Shown piece after piece: positions 48,950 through 61,149 of a stretch of DNA of 64,000 nt. The DNA lies in the NCBI GenBank assembly GCA_036172245.1, contig JAYWIR010000003.1:2480001-2544000 (forward strand), written 5' to 3'. A program made the position numbers and the translations under genes. The stretch comes from Raillietiella orientalis. Lineage: Eukaryota. Within the stretch, counting starts at the first letter, position 1, and each line of letters begins with the position of its first letter. The notes under the pieces were generated by a model. That model saw only the letters and a list, made by a program, of their open reading frames with translations. It did not search any database and was not told the origin of the DNA.

Positions 48950-51900
48950 TCTGCTACCGAAGTCGAAAAGCTTGGCGGTGGATATTCTCACGTTGCAAAA
49001 GACGCAGTTTCAAAGCGAATCTAAACACAGAGACCACATGAAGCCAAAAAGAATAATTTATATGAGCGTCGCAATTTGTTGCGGATGACTTGAAGCTGAA
49101 TGTTTGCGGATTTGCTATGGTAGATCGAAGAGCAAAGAGGCTGAGGCGAATTCGCTCTCAGCTTGCCCTTGTAGTTTCGGGACAAGTAACTAGATGGCAG
49201 ACGGGTATCGAAACTTTTGCTACGCTTTTTTCTACACTCGCTGCACTCGTCTCTCTATCCCCAGGGAATCCGAAAAAACAGAGGGCTGGTTGTTCTCATC
49301 TCTGGCGTTTTCGCGCGTGTGTGTTTTTTTGGATGCGTGAGATTCTTTGTGCTCTGTGGATTCGATGCTTCCAGCCATAGGAATCCTTGGAAGGCAAATG
49401 CAAGGGACGAAAGCACCGGCTTCATCTCAGAGAGCACCGCCGCAGGCCGCAGTCCAAGACGGATGGATTCGCTTCCGCTCCTCTCCCTCTCTCCCCCTTC
49501 TTCCATGCCCACCGGTGCTCCGGTGAGAATCCGGAGTACCAGCGGAACGAACGCGCTTGCCCACCAGTGCGGCCATCCTCTTGTCTCCCGTGGGGAAGCT
49601 GACGAAGCAGTGGAAATGCTTCGGGAAAGGAGAAGGGAAGGGGGCGGTTCGGCGGTCGAAGGAGACGGGGGAGGGATGAAGGGACAAGGAGCCTGTTCCC
49701 ACCGCCGGGACGGGACGCGGCAGTCGTAAAACGAGATTTGATCAGTAAAAACAATCATAAAAGCTCGTCACGTCGCAGGTGGGCAGCCGACTTGGTCCAG
49801 AAAGGACAAAAGAGTGGTGTTCCTGATGCGGAACGCGGGCTCCGAGTAAACAAGCTTCGAGCGCTCGTGAGTGCGAAGTTTCTCCGCGCCTTCCTGCTGG
49901 TTTATCTGTGCGCGCACGCGCGCGCGCGCGCGTGTGTGTTTGGCTTTGTTTTGTTTTTTTTGTTTTTTTTTTCTGTGTGTGGCAGAAGGGGAGGGGATGG
50001 TCTTTTTTTTTTTTTTTTTTCCCTCCCTCCCTCGGAATTCTCCTGTTTGGCTCCCCTGCTCGTCCCTGCCGCCTAGGATAACGGCTGCAAGGATGCTCGC
50101 GGAGGAGCAGTTGTAAAAGCCCTCTTTGTTGCCTTGGTCACCGCCGAAGACCGTGTTTATGGACCAAGAGGACTCCGGACGCGGTCGGAAAATATTTATG
50201 CAACGTGCTCGGGACGGCCAAAGGGGCTTTGTTCTCCCTTATTTTCCCCTCCCCCACCAAAACACACCCTCTTCTTCCTCCTCCTCTTGCTTTTCCTCTC
50301 TTTTTTTGTTTTTTTATACTGCGAGCTATAAAAGATGCAGGAGGATGACCGTTCGGGATGGTTCCCACGGCAGTCCGCGGTGCAGCCGCGAGTTCGGCTG
50401 AACCACCCGAACCACGTGCTCTTGAGGATTTCTCCCGCATTTCCGTGTGTTCCTCGCCCCCCTTCCGCTTCCCCGAGGAGTGGCGCTGGGAGTGGGGATT
50501 CCCCCCTACCGAGGCAAGGCTTTGCCGCCTGCAGCAGCGTGCGCCGACGAGAGGCGCCTCATCTCGAACCTCCACCGCCAGGTAGCTCCAGCTACAGAGG
50601 AGGAAGGATCACCTCTCCCGGGAAAAACGAGACCAGGTGAGCTGCTGCCGCGTTCTATTTCGGGACGCACAGACCCGTGTGGACGGCGGCGGAAGTCGTC
50701 GCCAGGTTCATGTCGTTATCCCCTCGTGGTGCTCTTGGACCGCGTGGTCAGGACACCGGAAGCCCTCGGGCGGCCAGTTCGGGTGCAGTACCCCCGAGCA
50801 GAACGAAGATTTTCGCCTGCAGTCCCGGAGGACTGCGCGCGAGCGGAGTCGTCGCGCCGTCGCAACCGCTCCGAGGCTCCCGTTCGAGTGTTCCTCAGCG
50901 CAAGTGCGACACTGGGAGCATCTAGGGAGCACTTCCCGAAGGAGTGCAGTGATGCGCCTCGCCTGGAGAGGGAGTCGGAGGTCGGCGGAAGTGAAGCTTC
51001 TGGCAGCTCCGAAAGCGAGGCTCGCTTTCGAAGGCTGCAGCGTGGACTGAGGCCACAGAGGCAGCAGTGGATTGGGAATCACGGCCCACGGCAACCACCG
51101 CGCGCCCCAAGGAGCAGCTCGCTCACGGGAGTTGCGTTTCTTCCTTGAACGTCGCGGACACTCGTGAGAACCCAGAGATGGCAGCTGAAGAGCCGGGCAC
51201 AGGATTGCTTGCATCCCGAGGGAGCAACCCTGGGCAGGGGAGAAGTCTGCCACTCTCTCGAGCGCAAGGATTCTTGGGTTCCACGAGCAGAAGAAGAGGA
51301 AAAGAGAGCGCTGAAGAACGCACCAGGAAGGTGATGCGAGCCTGACGAGACCGCTCGCTTCTTGCACCACGAATGCCATCGGTACCTGGAAGCGATAAAC
51401 GTGCGGAGTGCCGCCTGGCGGCGCGGCTTTTTACGTCCACTTGAGGAAGTCGTAACGCGCGTTCTTCTAAAGTTTACGAGATCGTTGCCGATATCTTTCG
51501 CATTACACGCATTGGTTTTACTGGAGTTTAACAGCCACCGGTTCCCAAGAAACGGGGATGATTGATGCACCCAAAACCGCACGAAGCCGGAGCGCAAAAA
51601 AAGGCGGAAGTAGAAAAAGCAGGCGTTTCTTTGAGCGGGATTTTCCTTCCCCCCCTCCCGGAGTCACCGTGGACGCGGAAAGCCATCCAGCATCCACTCA
51701 TGGGATCTTCTGCTGCGGAATTCTCGCTGCCGCTCCTTTTTGCCATCGTTTTATTTTTATTTCATTTTTTTTTTTTTTTCGGTTTATATTTTTCACTTTT
51801 TTTCCCTTCTTCCCCCTTTCCGCGGAGAACGCCGTGACGGAGCGAGCGGATTTCCTCGGAATGCCTGCACGGATTGGGGAAGCTGGAACCTTTCTCTCTC

Positions 51901-52750
51901 TTCTCATCTGCGGAGTGTTTCGCGTCTTGAGCAATCCGCTCCGCCGCCTGGCCAGGAGGCAGAACGCCGCAACCATGGCTGCGACTGAGCGTCTCTCTAA
52001 TTACAGGAGAACGCTCCGAACGGCATCTGACCACGGGAAGGAACGTGTCCGAGCGCTCTCCCGTCAGCATCCTAGCCGAGAGCCGCTCTCGCGTTCGTGA
52101 TCGCTGAGACCGCACCCATCCCCATTACCTTTCGGTTTCCGGACGGTTCCCACGTCGGAGACAGGGGCGCAAGGGGCCCGCAGCGAACCGTGTCTTTCGG
52201 CTGCGCGGACTTCAGGCTTTTTCCGCGGAAGAGAGGACTGAGGATCGGCGTGGACGGGAGCAACCGTCGAAAAGGGTCGCCCTTCTCTCTCTATAGAGAG
52301 CTCGAACCCCGCTTCCTGTCTCGGCTCAATGAAAGGTGGGGTGGGGGCGTCCACCGCGGGAAGCAACGGCGAGGATGCTTGAGGCCTTATTTCTGGCGAA
52401 GAGCGGTGAGTTCGCTGCCTCTTTCAAGGCCCGCGCGGTCTTCCACGTGCACGCACGTCCACGCGCCGCCCCGCGCGACCTAACCGTCAGGACGCTTGCC
52501 CTGGACGCCGGAGGCAGTCCCCTGTCTGGATTCCTGGACGAAACACATCCTGGGAATCGATGCGTTTTCTGTGCGATGAATCGGTGAACGGATCCCTGCT
52601 TGATGAACTGCCTTTCGAGTCTTCGCTGCTTTCAACGGGAGAAAATCTCGCGGTCGAAAGATGGAGGGGGGAGAGAGGAATAGGAGGAGAAATGCCCCAC
52701 GACTTTTCCAAAGTTTCATCTGATCGGCAGCGGGAGTCCCGGAGTGCATC
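48950..52750 (+). mobile_element. Fossil CR1-like ORF2, copy S (endonuclease to C-terminus)
   Basis: LALVVSGQV (QALVLMGDF, ORF 49090); RVYG; RARDGQR..FYTASYKR (ORF 50126); RKSSPG..YPLVVL..VPEDCARA..SSLTG (ORF 50447); AINV..EEVVTRV (ORF 51362); DWGSWNL; gcgaaccgtgtctttcggctgc ~52183 (ANRILGC); SNRRKGSPFSLYRELEPRFL (SRSREVILPLYSALVRPHL, ORF 52097). Confidence 0.7.
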
Positions 52751-52834
52751 CGTATTTAGTTAAAAAAAAAAAAAAAAAAAACGAATCAATCGTGGAAAGT
52801 TCGGATTTCTTTCCACATTCATTTATGCAATCGA

Positions 52835-52848
52835 GTGCCATCTAGTGG
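52835..52848 (-). promoter_or_regulatory. CTCF core motif
   Basis: The reverse complement CCACTAGATGGCAC fits the CTCF core CCASYAGRKGGCRS exactly. It sits at the S/T copy junction. Confidence 0.45.
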
Positions 52849-53988
52849 CAGGCTCGTAATGTGAATTCTCCGAGTCGCTGCGGGAGGAAAACCGATGTAA
52901 TTGACGCTTTCGGTGATAGATGACTCTGCATCACCCGTAAGCTGCTGCGGAGCTGCACGCCATCTGCGATTTCCCGATATCCGAAATCTTAAGGTAATTC
53001 GGCGCTCGTTTTCTGGCGCGAGCCAGCAGCCAATTTCCAACCCACTCGTACACGGAAGCGAATTACTTGTACTTGTGGACCGCATGTGCACCTTTCCATT
53101 CCGGTGAATTAAGGCTCCCGTGCACAGAGTTTCGTATAATTTGTTTTCATTCAGGCGCCTTCCGTGCTTCCAGCGAAGAAAATGCAAAATCGAAAATTAA
53201 AGTTGTATGACTATTGGCATTTATCCCCCCCAACTGATGTGCGGAGTGGGGAATTCACTCCATAGATCGCATTAAGATGTAGTGGTGTTTTTTGAAATGA
53301 CCTCTCAGACGTCACATAAATATTTTTTTATTTGCTTGTGCACGCCTTTCTGAGAATGGTCATCCTTTAACATCATGTCAGATTCGCGAGAAACAAATGA
53401 AATATTTTCCAGTGGCTTCCAAAGAATGTCATCATTATCGGTTGTAATGAAGAGTGAGAAATCTGCTCCTGGGACAATCATTTATATAGATGGGGGGTTC
53501 AGAATGTCACATTAAATCAACGGCAATAACCACACTCGCAGAAACATTTTCATGCGAGCGAATTGCTGAATCATCGGTTTATGTGGCAATTCTTCCGTCA
53601 CCTACGACCAATTACAGGCGAGTGTTTTGTTCCTTACGGATGGCTCCCTTAAGGAGATGCAAATTTATTTAAAACGATGAGCGTTACATAAATGCGCGTC
53701 GGTTCCACTTTCGCTTTTTATCTTTGTTTCCCCTTTTGTTGTTGTTGTTGTTGCTTTGTTTGCCTTTTGTTTTTCGATTGTTGCCCCGCGCAACAATGGA
53801 ACGGCGGTTTCCAGGTGATTTTGTTGTAGCCTAATTCCTTCCTTCCTGTTTTCGCTTTCGTTGCGTCCGCGCTTTTGTTCGTCCCGTCCGACAGTACCGT
53901 TGTCTTTCTTCCTTCTTTTTTTTCCTCTTCTCCTACCTCGGCAGCGTTAATTAGCCAGCGGCGAATTTTCGCAATTCTTTTTTTTTTT

Positions 53989-54034
53989 TCTCTCTCCTCT
54001 CTCTCTCTTTCTCCCTCTCTCTCTCTCTCTCTCT
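53989..54034. repeat. Imperfect (CT)n microsatellite after a poly(T) run
   Basis: Seen directly. Confidence 0.9.
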
Positions 54035-57000
54035 CCACGGGAACGTCCCAAACGTTTTCCCGGAGTTTCGCAAGAAGGCTGTCGTGCGAAGCGGGATGAA
54101 AACAGATACGCCTGCCGGAATCATCACAAGTGCACATGCTGCCGAAAACGGTCCTCGCATGCATTTTCGCTTGCTCGGAGATCCATATCAAAGCCTGCAG
54201 GCGGAGAGGGAGAGCGGGGGGGAGGGGGAAGAGATGAAGAAAAACAAGTGGAAACACCCGATCCCCGAGAACACCACGCGGCTGAACCGCACGTCTCCAT
54301 AGTTTCGTTGCGGCCGGAGGAACGGGAGGGTAAGAGGCGTGAGACGCGCGTCTCCTCGAGGACCGGGAGATGCTCCCGAGAGCGAGCGAGCCGGCGCACG
54401 CTGCAAACTTTTCCGTGCGTGCGCGAGTGCGTGCGTGCGTGCGTGTGAACGCTGACGCGTGTTTGCTTCGAAGGCGACCTCGGCGTTGTCGGGAATGTCG
54501 GGAAGGGTCCCCATGCAGCTAGGGGAAGAATCCTCCTAGCTGCAGAGAGGAGTGAAATGGGTGAAAGGAAAGATCCAGACCTCCTCTCGACGCTCTGAAA
54601 AGGCTCTCCACCCGAGCTTACCCCCATGGATCCTCTTTCCCCCTCTCCCCTGCGAAACAAAATGGCAGCTGAAGCGGGCCCTCCTCCCTCGTGGCAGGCC
54701 GGGACTCTCTGGGATCCCCTGGAGGAGAGCATCTTTTCCCTCCTCGCAACGCAGGACCGTCCCCGTCACCTAGGCGACGGCGCTGCAGAACTTCTCCCCG
54801 TGTGCGGAGCGCACGGGGTAGGAGAGAGCTCCTGCGACCGTCCGAGGATGACCCTCGCACCACGATTAGGTCCGCGGGGCAGCGAGGGCGTCCTCGACCA
54901 CCATCCGTCCCTTCCCTTGGAGTCACGCGGTCGAGGAAGAAAAGAGGAAGGACGCGCGGGGGCGGAAGAGACTGAGGGGCCCCGTTTCCAGGGTGGTGAG
55001 GGAACGCATCCATTGCCGTGGAGACCGCGAAGGGAAGAACATCATCTAGGGACTTACTGTTGCAGCTCTTGGCGGCCGGGACGGGGCGCGCGGCGCGTGC
55101 TGTTCCGGGAAGGCTACGACCCGCGTTCTTGTGTTCCTTCCTTCCTTCTCTTGACCTCACTCGCGCTCTCCCCCGACGCCTCCAGTAGGTCGGCTGACTC
55201 TTCCTCCGAGTGCGACGGCGGTTGTTGCGCCCGGGGTCAACAGGGAGTGGAGTGCGTGTCCCGAAGGGGTAGGCGGCTTGCCGACTGCCGAGCAGGGAAC
55301 GGCTTGGACCGTCGCGGAAGGAGAACAAGACGGGAACGGAGGGAGCTGAGAATAGGATGGTGGTGGCGACGGCGGCGGTGGTGGTGGTCTGGCACTGTCT
55401 CGGGCGGAACTTCGAAGCGCGCACCGGCGGGGGTAGACAGCGAGAGAGGGCGGGGAAAGGGACGGAGGGGACGCGAAGGGAGCGGCAGGTACGACGTCCC
55501 GCAAGGCCCCTTCCTTTCCCCTCGCCTCCTCCTCCTCCCCCCTTCCTTCCTTCCTTCTTTCTCTTCCTCCCTGGGAGTCTTTCGCCCTTGTTTTTTGGGC
55601 GCGCGACCTCTCCCTAATCCTGCAGGGGTGTACAGGCCTCTCCCTCCAGCTCATGGGGGCGTCCTCATTGTGCATTCCTCCACCTTCTCCCTCCTCCCCA
55701 CGACGCCGGTGCCAACCTGACAGCCGCGCTTGAGTTATGAAGGGCGAGAGGCGAGGATGGGGGAGGGGAATGAACGAAGACAGCGGTGGTGCCTCTCCCC
55801 CCAATCCGGAAGGGATCAACCCCCACCTCAGCCTCCCTTTCTCCACCAGTGCTGCTCTGCGGAAGGCGCCATTGTCCGCCGCAGCGCCGCGTCGGCCTCA
55901 TCCAATGAACGTGCTCGCGCTAGGCGGAAGACCTTCACAAGGTCGCGCGCGAGCGCGCGCGCTCCGTGTGAATACGCGCAAAGCAAAAGAGGAGCAGAGG
56001 CACCTCGCTCTCCGCCTCAGCCTCCCCTTAGAGCGTCCCTATCGCCGCGGAAGCTCCCGGAGGAAAGGACAAAAAAAAGAAAAGAAGGGTGGGGGAGAGG
56101 GAAGCGATGGGGCCAACGACTCCCGTCCAATAGGCTCCCTACAAAGAGATCTCTTTGTCAGCCTCCTGGAGAGCGAGGAGGGGAGAACGACGGCGAGGGA
56201 GAGAAAGGAAGCGGCGGAATTCCACAGCGTTTCCGCAGCAGCGCGCTGTCCATTAGCCGCCAGAGGGAGCGAAGCTGCCGCTGCGGCGGCGAAGATTTAT
56301 GGCGGCAGCTATGGCCGCCGCCTCGTGTGCTCTGCCTCGGCGGAGCTCTCCTCGGCAACGGAGGGGGGAGGAAAATATCGATTTCCCGCGTCAGGAACGA
56401 ACCCCCTCCACCGCAGGACGCGGCCGCGGCGGCGGTAGCGCCGCTTCCTTCCCCTCGACGCGACCCCTCGCGCGGAAAAGGGAAGGAGGCGGTCCCGAGC
56501 AGCGGGACAGAGAGCGGTAGGAGCATCGCTCCGCGTCGCCATCGCCGTCGAAGCTGCAGGCGGCCAGCACCGCCGCCGCACAGGAGACGCGACCGAGACC
56601 AACGACTCGCACCAGAGACCGCGGCGCCGAAGTCGCGGCGAAGAGGAGGTCGGCCGTCCGCGAGGACCAAGTGCCTCCGGGAGTGCCAAGCACCAGGGGC
56701 GCGATGCGGTTCGACCGAACCCGGCAAAGCGACGGCGCCAGGAAATGGCGACCGTTAGAGCGTGGAGAAACGAGGGTGGTCCGGAAAGCGCCGTCCATGG
56801 AGCAACTTCAGGGTCGAAGCGCCTGCAGGGAACCCTCGGAACGTGAGAGGACGAAGGCGCTGGGAACCATCGATGGGTAGCGCGTGGGGTGACGAGATCA
56901 GACCGGGAAGAGCTGCCCCTGGAGCGCCCTCCTGGTCCTTGTGATGACAGAAAGATGGCGCGCGTCGGTAGGCACAGCGCGCAGAGCCGGAAGGAATGGG

Positions 57001-57949
57001 CGGGAAGAGCAAGGAGAGGAAGGACTCCCGAGTAGTCCGTGAGCAGTTCCCTTCTGTTCCCTTTGTCTTTCGCTCGGCGCCATCCCATCGTTTTCCGGGG
57101 GCTCGCAGGATGGAGATAGCTGGCAGCCCTCCCAGTTCCTGCCTGCTCTCTGGGGAGCTGGGGAAGTGGCGACCTGAGCGCTGCGCTTGGACTCTGCTCG
57201 AGATGAGACATCTCACAGCCTTGAGCCATCCTTCCGGACTCCCTCCTCGCCTACGCGGGGGTGCGCACTCCTTCCCGACTCTACCCGCTGCCGTGACCCC
57301 CCCTTTAGAGCTCCTCTGTACCCTCTCCTCACAGCGAACCTCTAGGGGAACCACGTGCCGGGAACGAGGGCGAGAGGTGGTGGACCTCAAACAGGAAGTC
57401 CGACGCTCGCGCTTCCAGAAGCAGGGATGGAAGGGAGTCTTCCGGGGCGGGAAGGCGCACCCACTCATGGTCCAGAGCTCCTCCGCGTCTGCCGCGGTTC
57501 TCCCGGACCTTCCTCTCACCCTTTCAGTCTCGCTTCCCGGGCACGCGAGACGTCCCCGGAAGGACTCGCCGTTTCGGCTCCCTGGAAGAGCCAGTGCATT
57601 GGTCCACGACCCGCCTCCGACTTTCCGGTTCTCTGAAGGGAGGGTGAGCAAGAAAAAGGGAGTTTCAGTGGTGCGAGGGTGGAGGTGTGAGGGAGGCGGT
57701 GTGTGGTTGGACGGAGCTCTAGCCTTGCGGGACTGTCTGCTCCCGTGGGCTCCTCGCGGCGCGGGCCGCTTCCCGCCGGTTCGCAGGGCAGGAAGCTCGG
57801 CAGGAATCGAGAGGGGGAGAGCGAAGAGGAGTGGGGGAGGGCGAGCGACCCCAGCAGTCTTCTTGCTTTATATCTCCGAGCTCCGCCCCCGCTCCCGCCT
57901 TCCGCGAGGCCTGTGAACGGATGTCACGTGACCTTTGTGGACCCACGAG

Positions 57950-58560
57950 AGACGAGGAGGGCGAAGGGGCGCCTCGCCCCCGCCCATTCTGCCCCTCGCT
58001 GCAGTCCACGAGGCGCTCTTTTTCGCCAAATGCGCGGGCGAGGCGCCAGAGTAGGTCGGCCGTCGCCTCGTGCTGAATCTCCCTGCACTCCCCTACTCTG
58101 TCCTTCGCGGGAATAATGGGGAACTGAGAGGGTGGAGGATAAGGCCCTCCGCGGAGCAGCCTCGCTCGTCGCTCGGCCCGCGCAGCACGCCTTCATTTTT
58201 TTTTTTTTGCATTGTCCCCTTCGTGCCTTGTGGCAAGGGCGCGCGTGAGACGTCCGTCCGACTGGGGAGCCGATGGAAGCGGGGAGGACCGGGGAAGGGC
58301 GATTTCTGGCGATGGACGCGCTTTTTCCGTGCTCCCTGCAGCAGGGACGTAGGCACGGGGGTGCGGACGGGGAAGGGGGGGCAGTGTGGGAGAAGGAGGA
58401 AGCAGCTCTCGGGAGGACCCTCAGCTGCCGGAGGCCACTCGGTGGCCGGGAGCTTGACGGGCGGTGGCGGCGGCAGCGGCAGCCAATGGAGACCCCGCAA
58501 AGGAGGCGACGGCGTCCCCACTTGATTTACGTCCGCCGCAGTTTCTGAGGGGGAGGAGGG
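57950..58560 (+). mobile_element. Fossil CR1-like ORF2 3' fragment U
   Basis: gccagagtaggtcg ~58045 (ASRSR); LPYSVLR (PLYSALV, ORF 58070); EGRFLAMDALFPCSLQQGRRHG (EERLRELGLFSLEKRRLRG, ORF 58273). Confidence 0.5.
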
Positions 58561-58929
58561 AAAGAGTCGAGGGACAGCGGCGGCGCAGCCCCGGGGAGAC
58601 GCCTCGGCCTCGCTCGCCGCCAGCCGACGTCCCCTCCGTCCTGGGAGGCGGCGGAAGGGGAAAGAGAGGGAGGGAGGGGAAGAGGTTGGGTGGAAAGGAA
58701 GGCGGAAGAGGTCCAGCGGGAGCGGCAGGCAGGACGCTGGGACGGCGGCGGAGTCTTCGACCCGCCTTCCTCCCCTCTCCTGCGCGGTCAGTTTTTGTTT
58801 TCCTGGAGCCGGATGCTGACGGAGCCCGGAAGGGCGGTCCTCGAGGGACGAGGGGGGAGGAATCGATGAATCTCACTCGCTGAGGCGGAAGGGCGGCTGC
58901 GATCCCGGTGCCCTGCTACTCGCGGCGAC

Positions 58930-59160
58930 GTTCCCGTCGGAGGAGGAGGTGGAGGAAAAGGAGGGAGGGAGGGAAAGGGAGAGAAGGCGAGAAGCAAAGG
59001 GATGAGTGGGAGGGCGAAAAGAGGGAGATGAGGAGCAGGGAGATGAGGATGGGGAAGGGGAGGATAAGAAGAGACGGAGCAAAAAAACCATGATGATGAT
59101 GATGAGAAGGAGGAGGAGAAGAGGAGCAGAAAGATAAGCAGAAGGAGGAGAAGAAGAGGC
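58930..59160 (+). repeat. Purine-rich degenerate acidic repeat block
   Basis: GA-rich tract that shares a ~26-nt motif with 26319-26344. Confidence 0.8.
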
Positions 59161-59169
59161 GGAGCATCG

Positions 59170-60950
59170 GCATATCCGCTGGGGATTTTCATCGGACTAC
59201 CGAACGGAGATGCGCCGAGGCGGCAGGGATCATAAGGGAGGACGCGGGCGAACGGTTGCCAAGGAAGATCGAGCCGCCGGGCGCGCGCGGCGCCCTGCCC
59301 GTCCCTGGGCGAAGTGAGAGAGCCAACCGCCTGCTGGAAGCCTTCCCTGCTCTCCTCCCCTCCCCTGGGAAAGGGATCAGGAGGCGATCCCCATCGATCG
59401 GCCATTCGCTCCTGGCTCTCGTTCGCTCACATGCCCCCTTGCCTTTAATTTTATTTTTTTTTCCTGTTTTTTTTTTGCTGCACGTTGACCCTCGCTTGGT
59501 CACTCTGCTCCCTGGACCTATTTCTGATCCTACTGCCAGGGAGAGCAAACCGGGGGAAAGGTGGAAGGAGTGCGTATGGAGGAGTCGAAGGACATCAGGG
59601 TGCTCTGAAGGAAGGAAGAGAGGCTGCGTCGTCCACCCCTTACTCCTCGTCACCTACCTCCCCTCCTTCTCCCCTTCCGTGGAAGGTGGTGAAGGTGGGG
59701 AAGCGAAAAGGTCCGTCTCTCTCTTCCCCCGACCCTCGCGCTTCGCCCTGAAGGCGCTGCCACAAGTTGCGTGGGTGCGCGTCAGCCGCGTCCGAGGTAG
59801 GCAGTCCCGCAATTCCGCATCACGGACCGCGCGCGCGCTCGGGAAGGGCCGCGTGCGGGACGTGGAAAGGAAGAGGAAGGGCACGACGTTAAGGAGATGT
59901 TCCTCGCCTCTGCGGCAGGCGGAGGGGCAGGGAGCCTGCACATTGCCCTCTCACCCCCTCCGCGCGGGTCGCCATGGCGACTCTGTGCTTCATTGATGGT
60001 GGATCCGGGGATGCGCAACCGGCTGAAGAGCTCAGCAGAGGAGGGAAGGCGGTGGCGGAAGAGGCGCCCGCCTTTCCTCCCTCGGTCCCACTCGGCATAG
60101 CCCGGGGAGTTCTCGTGGTGCGATACCTCCGAAGTTCGCCTATCCAGCTGTCCGAGCGTTACGCCGCTACGCGCGCACTGCCCCCTCGCGCGCGAAAAAG
60201 GGAGACTTCGATGGTCCCGAGCCACGCCCGCGGCTATCATCCCTGTGTTCCCCGGGATCTGGTCCGCGTAGTCCCAGACTCGCCCCGAAAGTATAGCCGG
60301 GTTGGTTCGCCACCAGAGCGGCCACCGAAGAGCGCGGAAGGCGACGCCAGGGGGAGGAGGGGGGAGCCGAGGAAGCAAGATGGCAGAGGTGGGCGCGGAA
60401 AATGAGGAAGGGAGGGAGCGATGGAGATCGTGGAGCACCGGGACCTCCCGGCCGCGCAAATCTTGAAAAGCAATCGAGCTCCTCGCACCGGAAGAGACGG
60501 TGGGGGAGGCGAGGGAAGGGACAGGAAGCGCGGTCCCACTACAGCCTCTGCTGCCCGTTTTCCCTCCTCCGCACTCGAGGGATTCCTTGCAGCATCTGCG
60601 CTCCTCTCTCGTCGAAAGAAGTGGGAAGAGGAGAATTGACATTCCCGGTCGCTCAGCAGCCTCAGCGCCTCCGAGCTCCAGGCGTCACGGCGCCTCGAAG
60701 CCATCTGGCGTTCCACGAGCCTCCTTGCGGTGTTGAGAGCCATCGGCACTCGTCCAGTGAAAAGGCGGCGAGTCCTCCAGAGGACGTCCCTTGTGCCCGG
60801 GGAGGGGGACCGCAAGGATGACAGGCAGGTTCGGGAAATCCGCGGCAATTGCGAAGGAGCCTCTGGACCGTGCGAGGGGAGCCTTTCCGTCCCGGAAAAA
60901 GTTTGCCGGGACCCCCCCTCCCTCTCTCCTTCCAGGAGAGCGAGCGCCAG
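59170..60950 (+). mobile_element. Fossil CR1-like ORF2, copy V (short endonuclease piece joined to RT)
   Basis: AGDFH ~59178 (MGDFN); VVHPLLLVTY..VSLF..VRVSR (VIAxPLSII..TPIF..RPVSL, ORF 59256); LMVDPG (LVDEG); AFPPSVPLGI..CVPRDLV..GDARG..DGRG (AFDTVPHxI..GVPQGSV..DDTK..EGR, ORF 59974); HRDL..N (QRDL, ORF 60421). Confidence 0.65.
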
Positions 60951-61149
60951 ACCCCTGTTTGAGGTCCTCCACCACTCACTCTCATTCCCGGCGCGTGAAC
61001 CCTCTAGGGCTTTGCTCTGCGGAGGGGGAATGACGGAACGCTGAGAGGGGACGCGGCTGGGGGTGGCGCCGCGGGGGCGGCCGAGGAGGACAGCAAGAAG
61101 GATGGTGCAAGGCTGCGCATTCCCCTTGAGTGCCGCCCCTGTGAGTGGG

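Larger units (their letters stand above)
52800..57650 (+). mobile_element. Fossil CR1-like ORF2, copy T (apparently from the ORF2 N-terminus to the C-terminus)
   Basis: IYAI ~52820 (LYTN); DDS ~52919; MTIGIYPP ~53207 (VVGVYYRPP); atggtcatcctttaac ~53356 (MGDFN); NHTRR (PTR); PSWQA..LWDPLEESI..LATQDR (VPWE..SWxxFKE..LxAQE, ORF 54626); TIDG..W..VT ~56868; PERCA (SQQCA); PTLPAAVTPPLELLC..DLKQEVRR (PLYSALVRPHLEYC..LLERVQRR, ORF 56996). Confidence 0.65.

Noticed and set aside
20679..57916. Long ORFs of 300-450 aa (e.g. 20679..21791, 24513..25871, 42013..43332, 54626..55720, 55730..56758) as genes
   Set aside because: They are Arg/Pro/Gly/Ser-rich, open in several overlapping frames on both strands as expected at very high GC, and contain only scattered corroded CR1 motifs.
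59974..60405. ORF with a strong Kozak context (gccATGG) as a first coding exon
   Set aside because: Its translation matches decayed CR1 RT motifs, and the ATG is simply the centre of the X-box palindrome.
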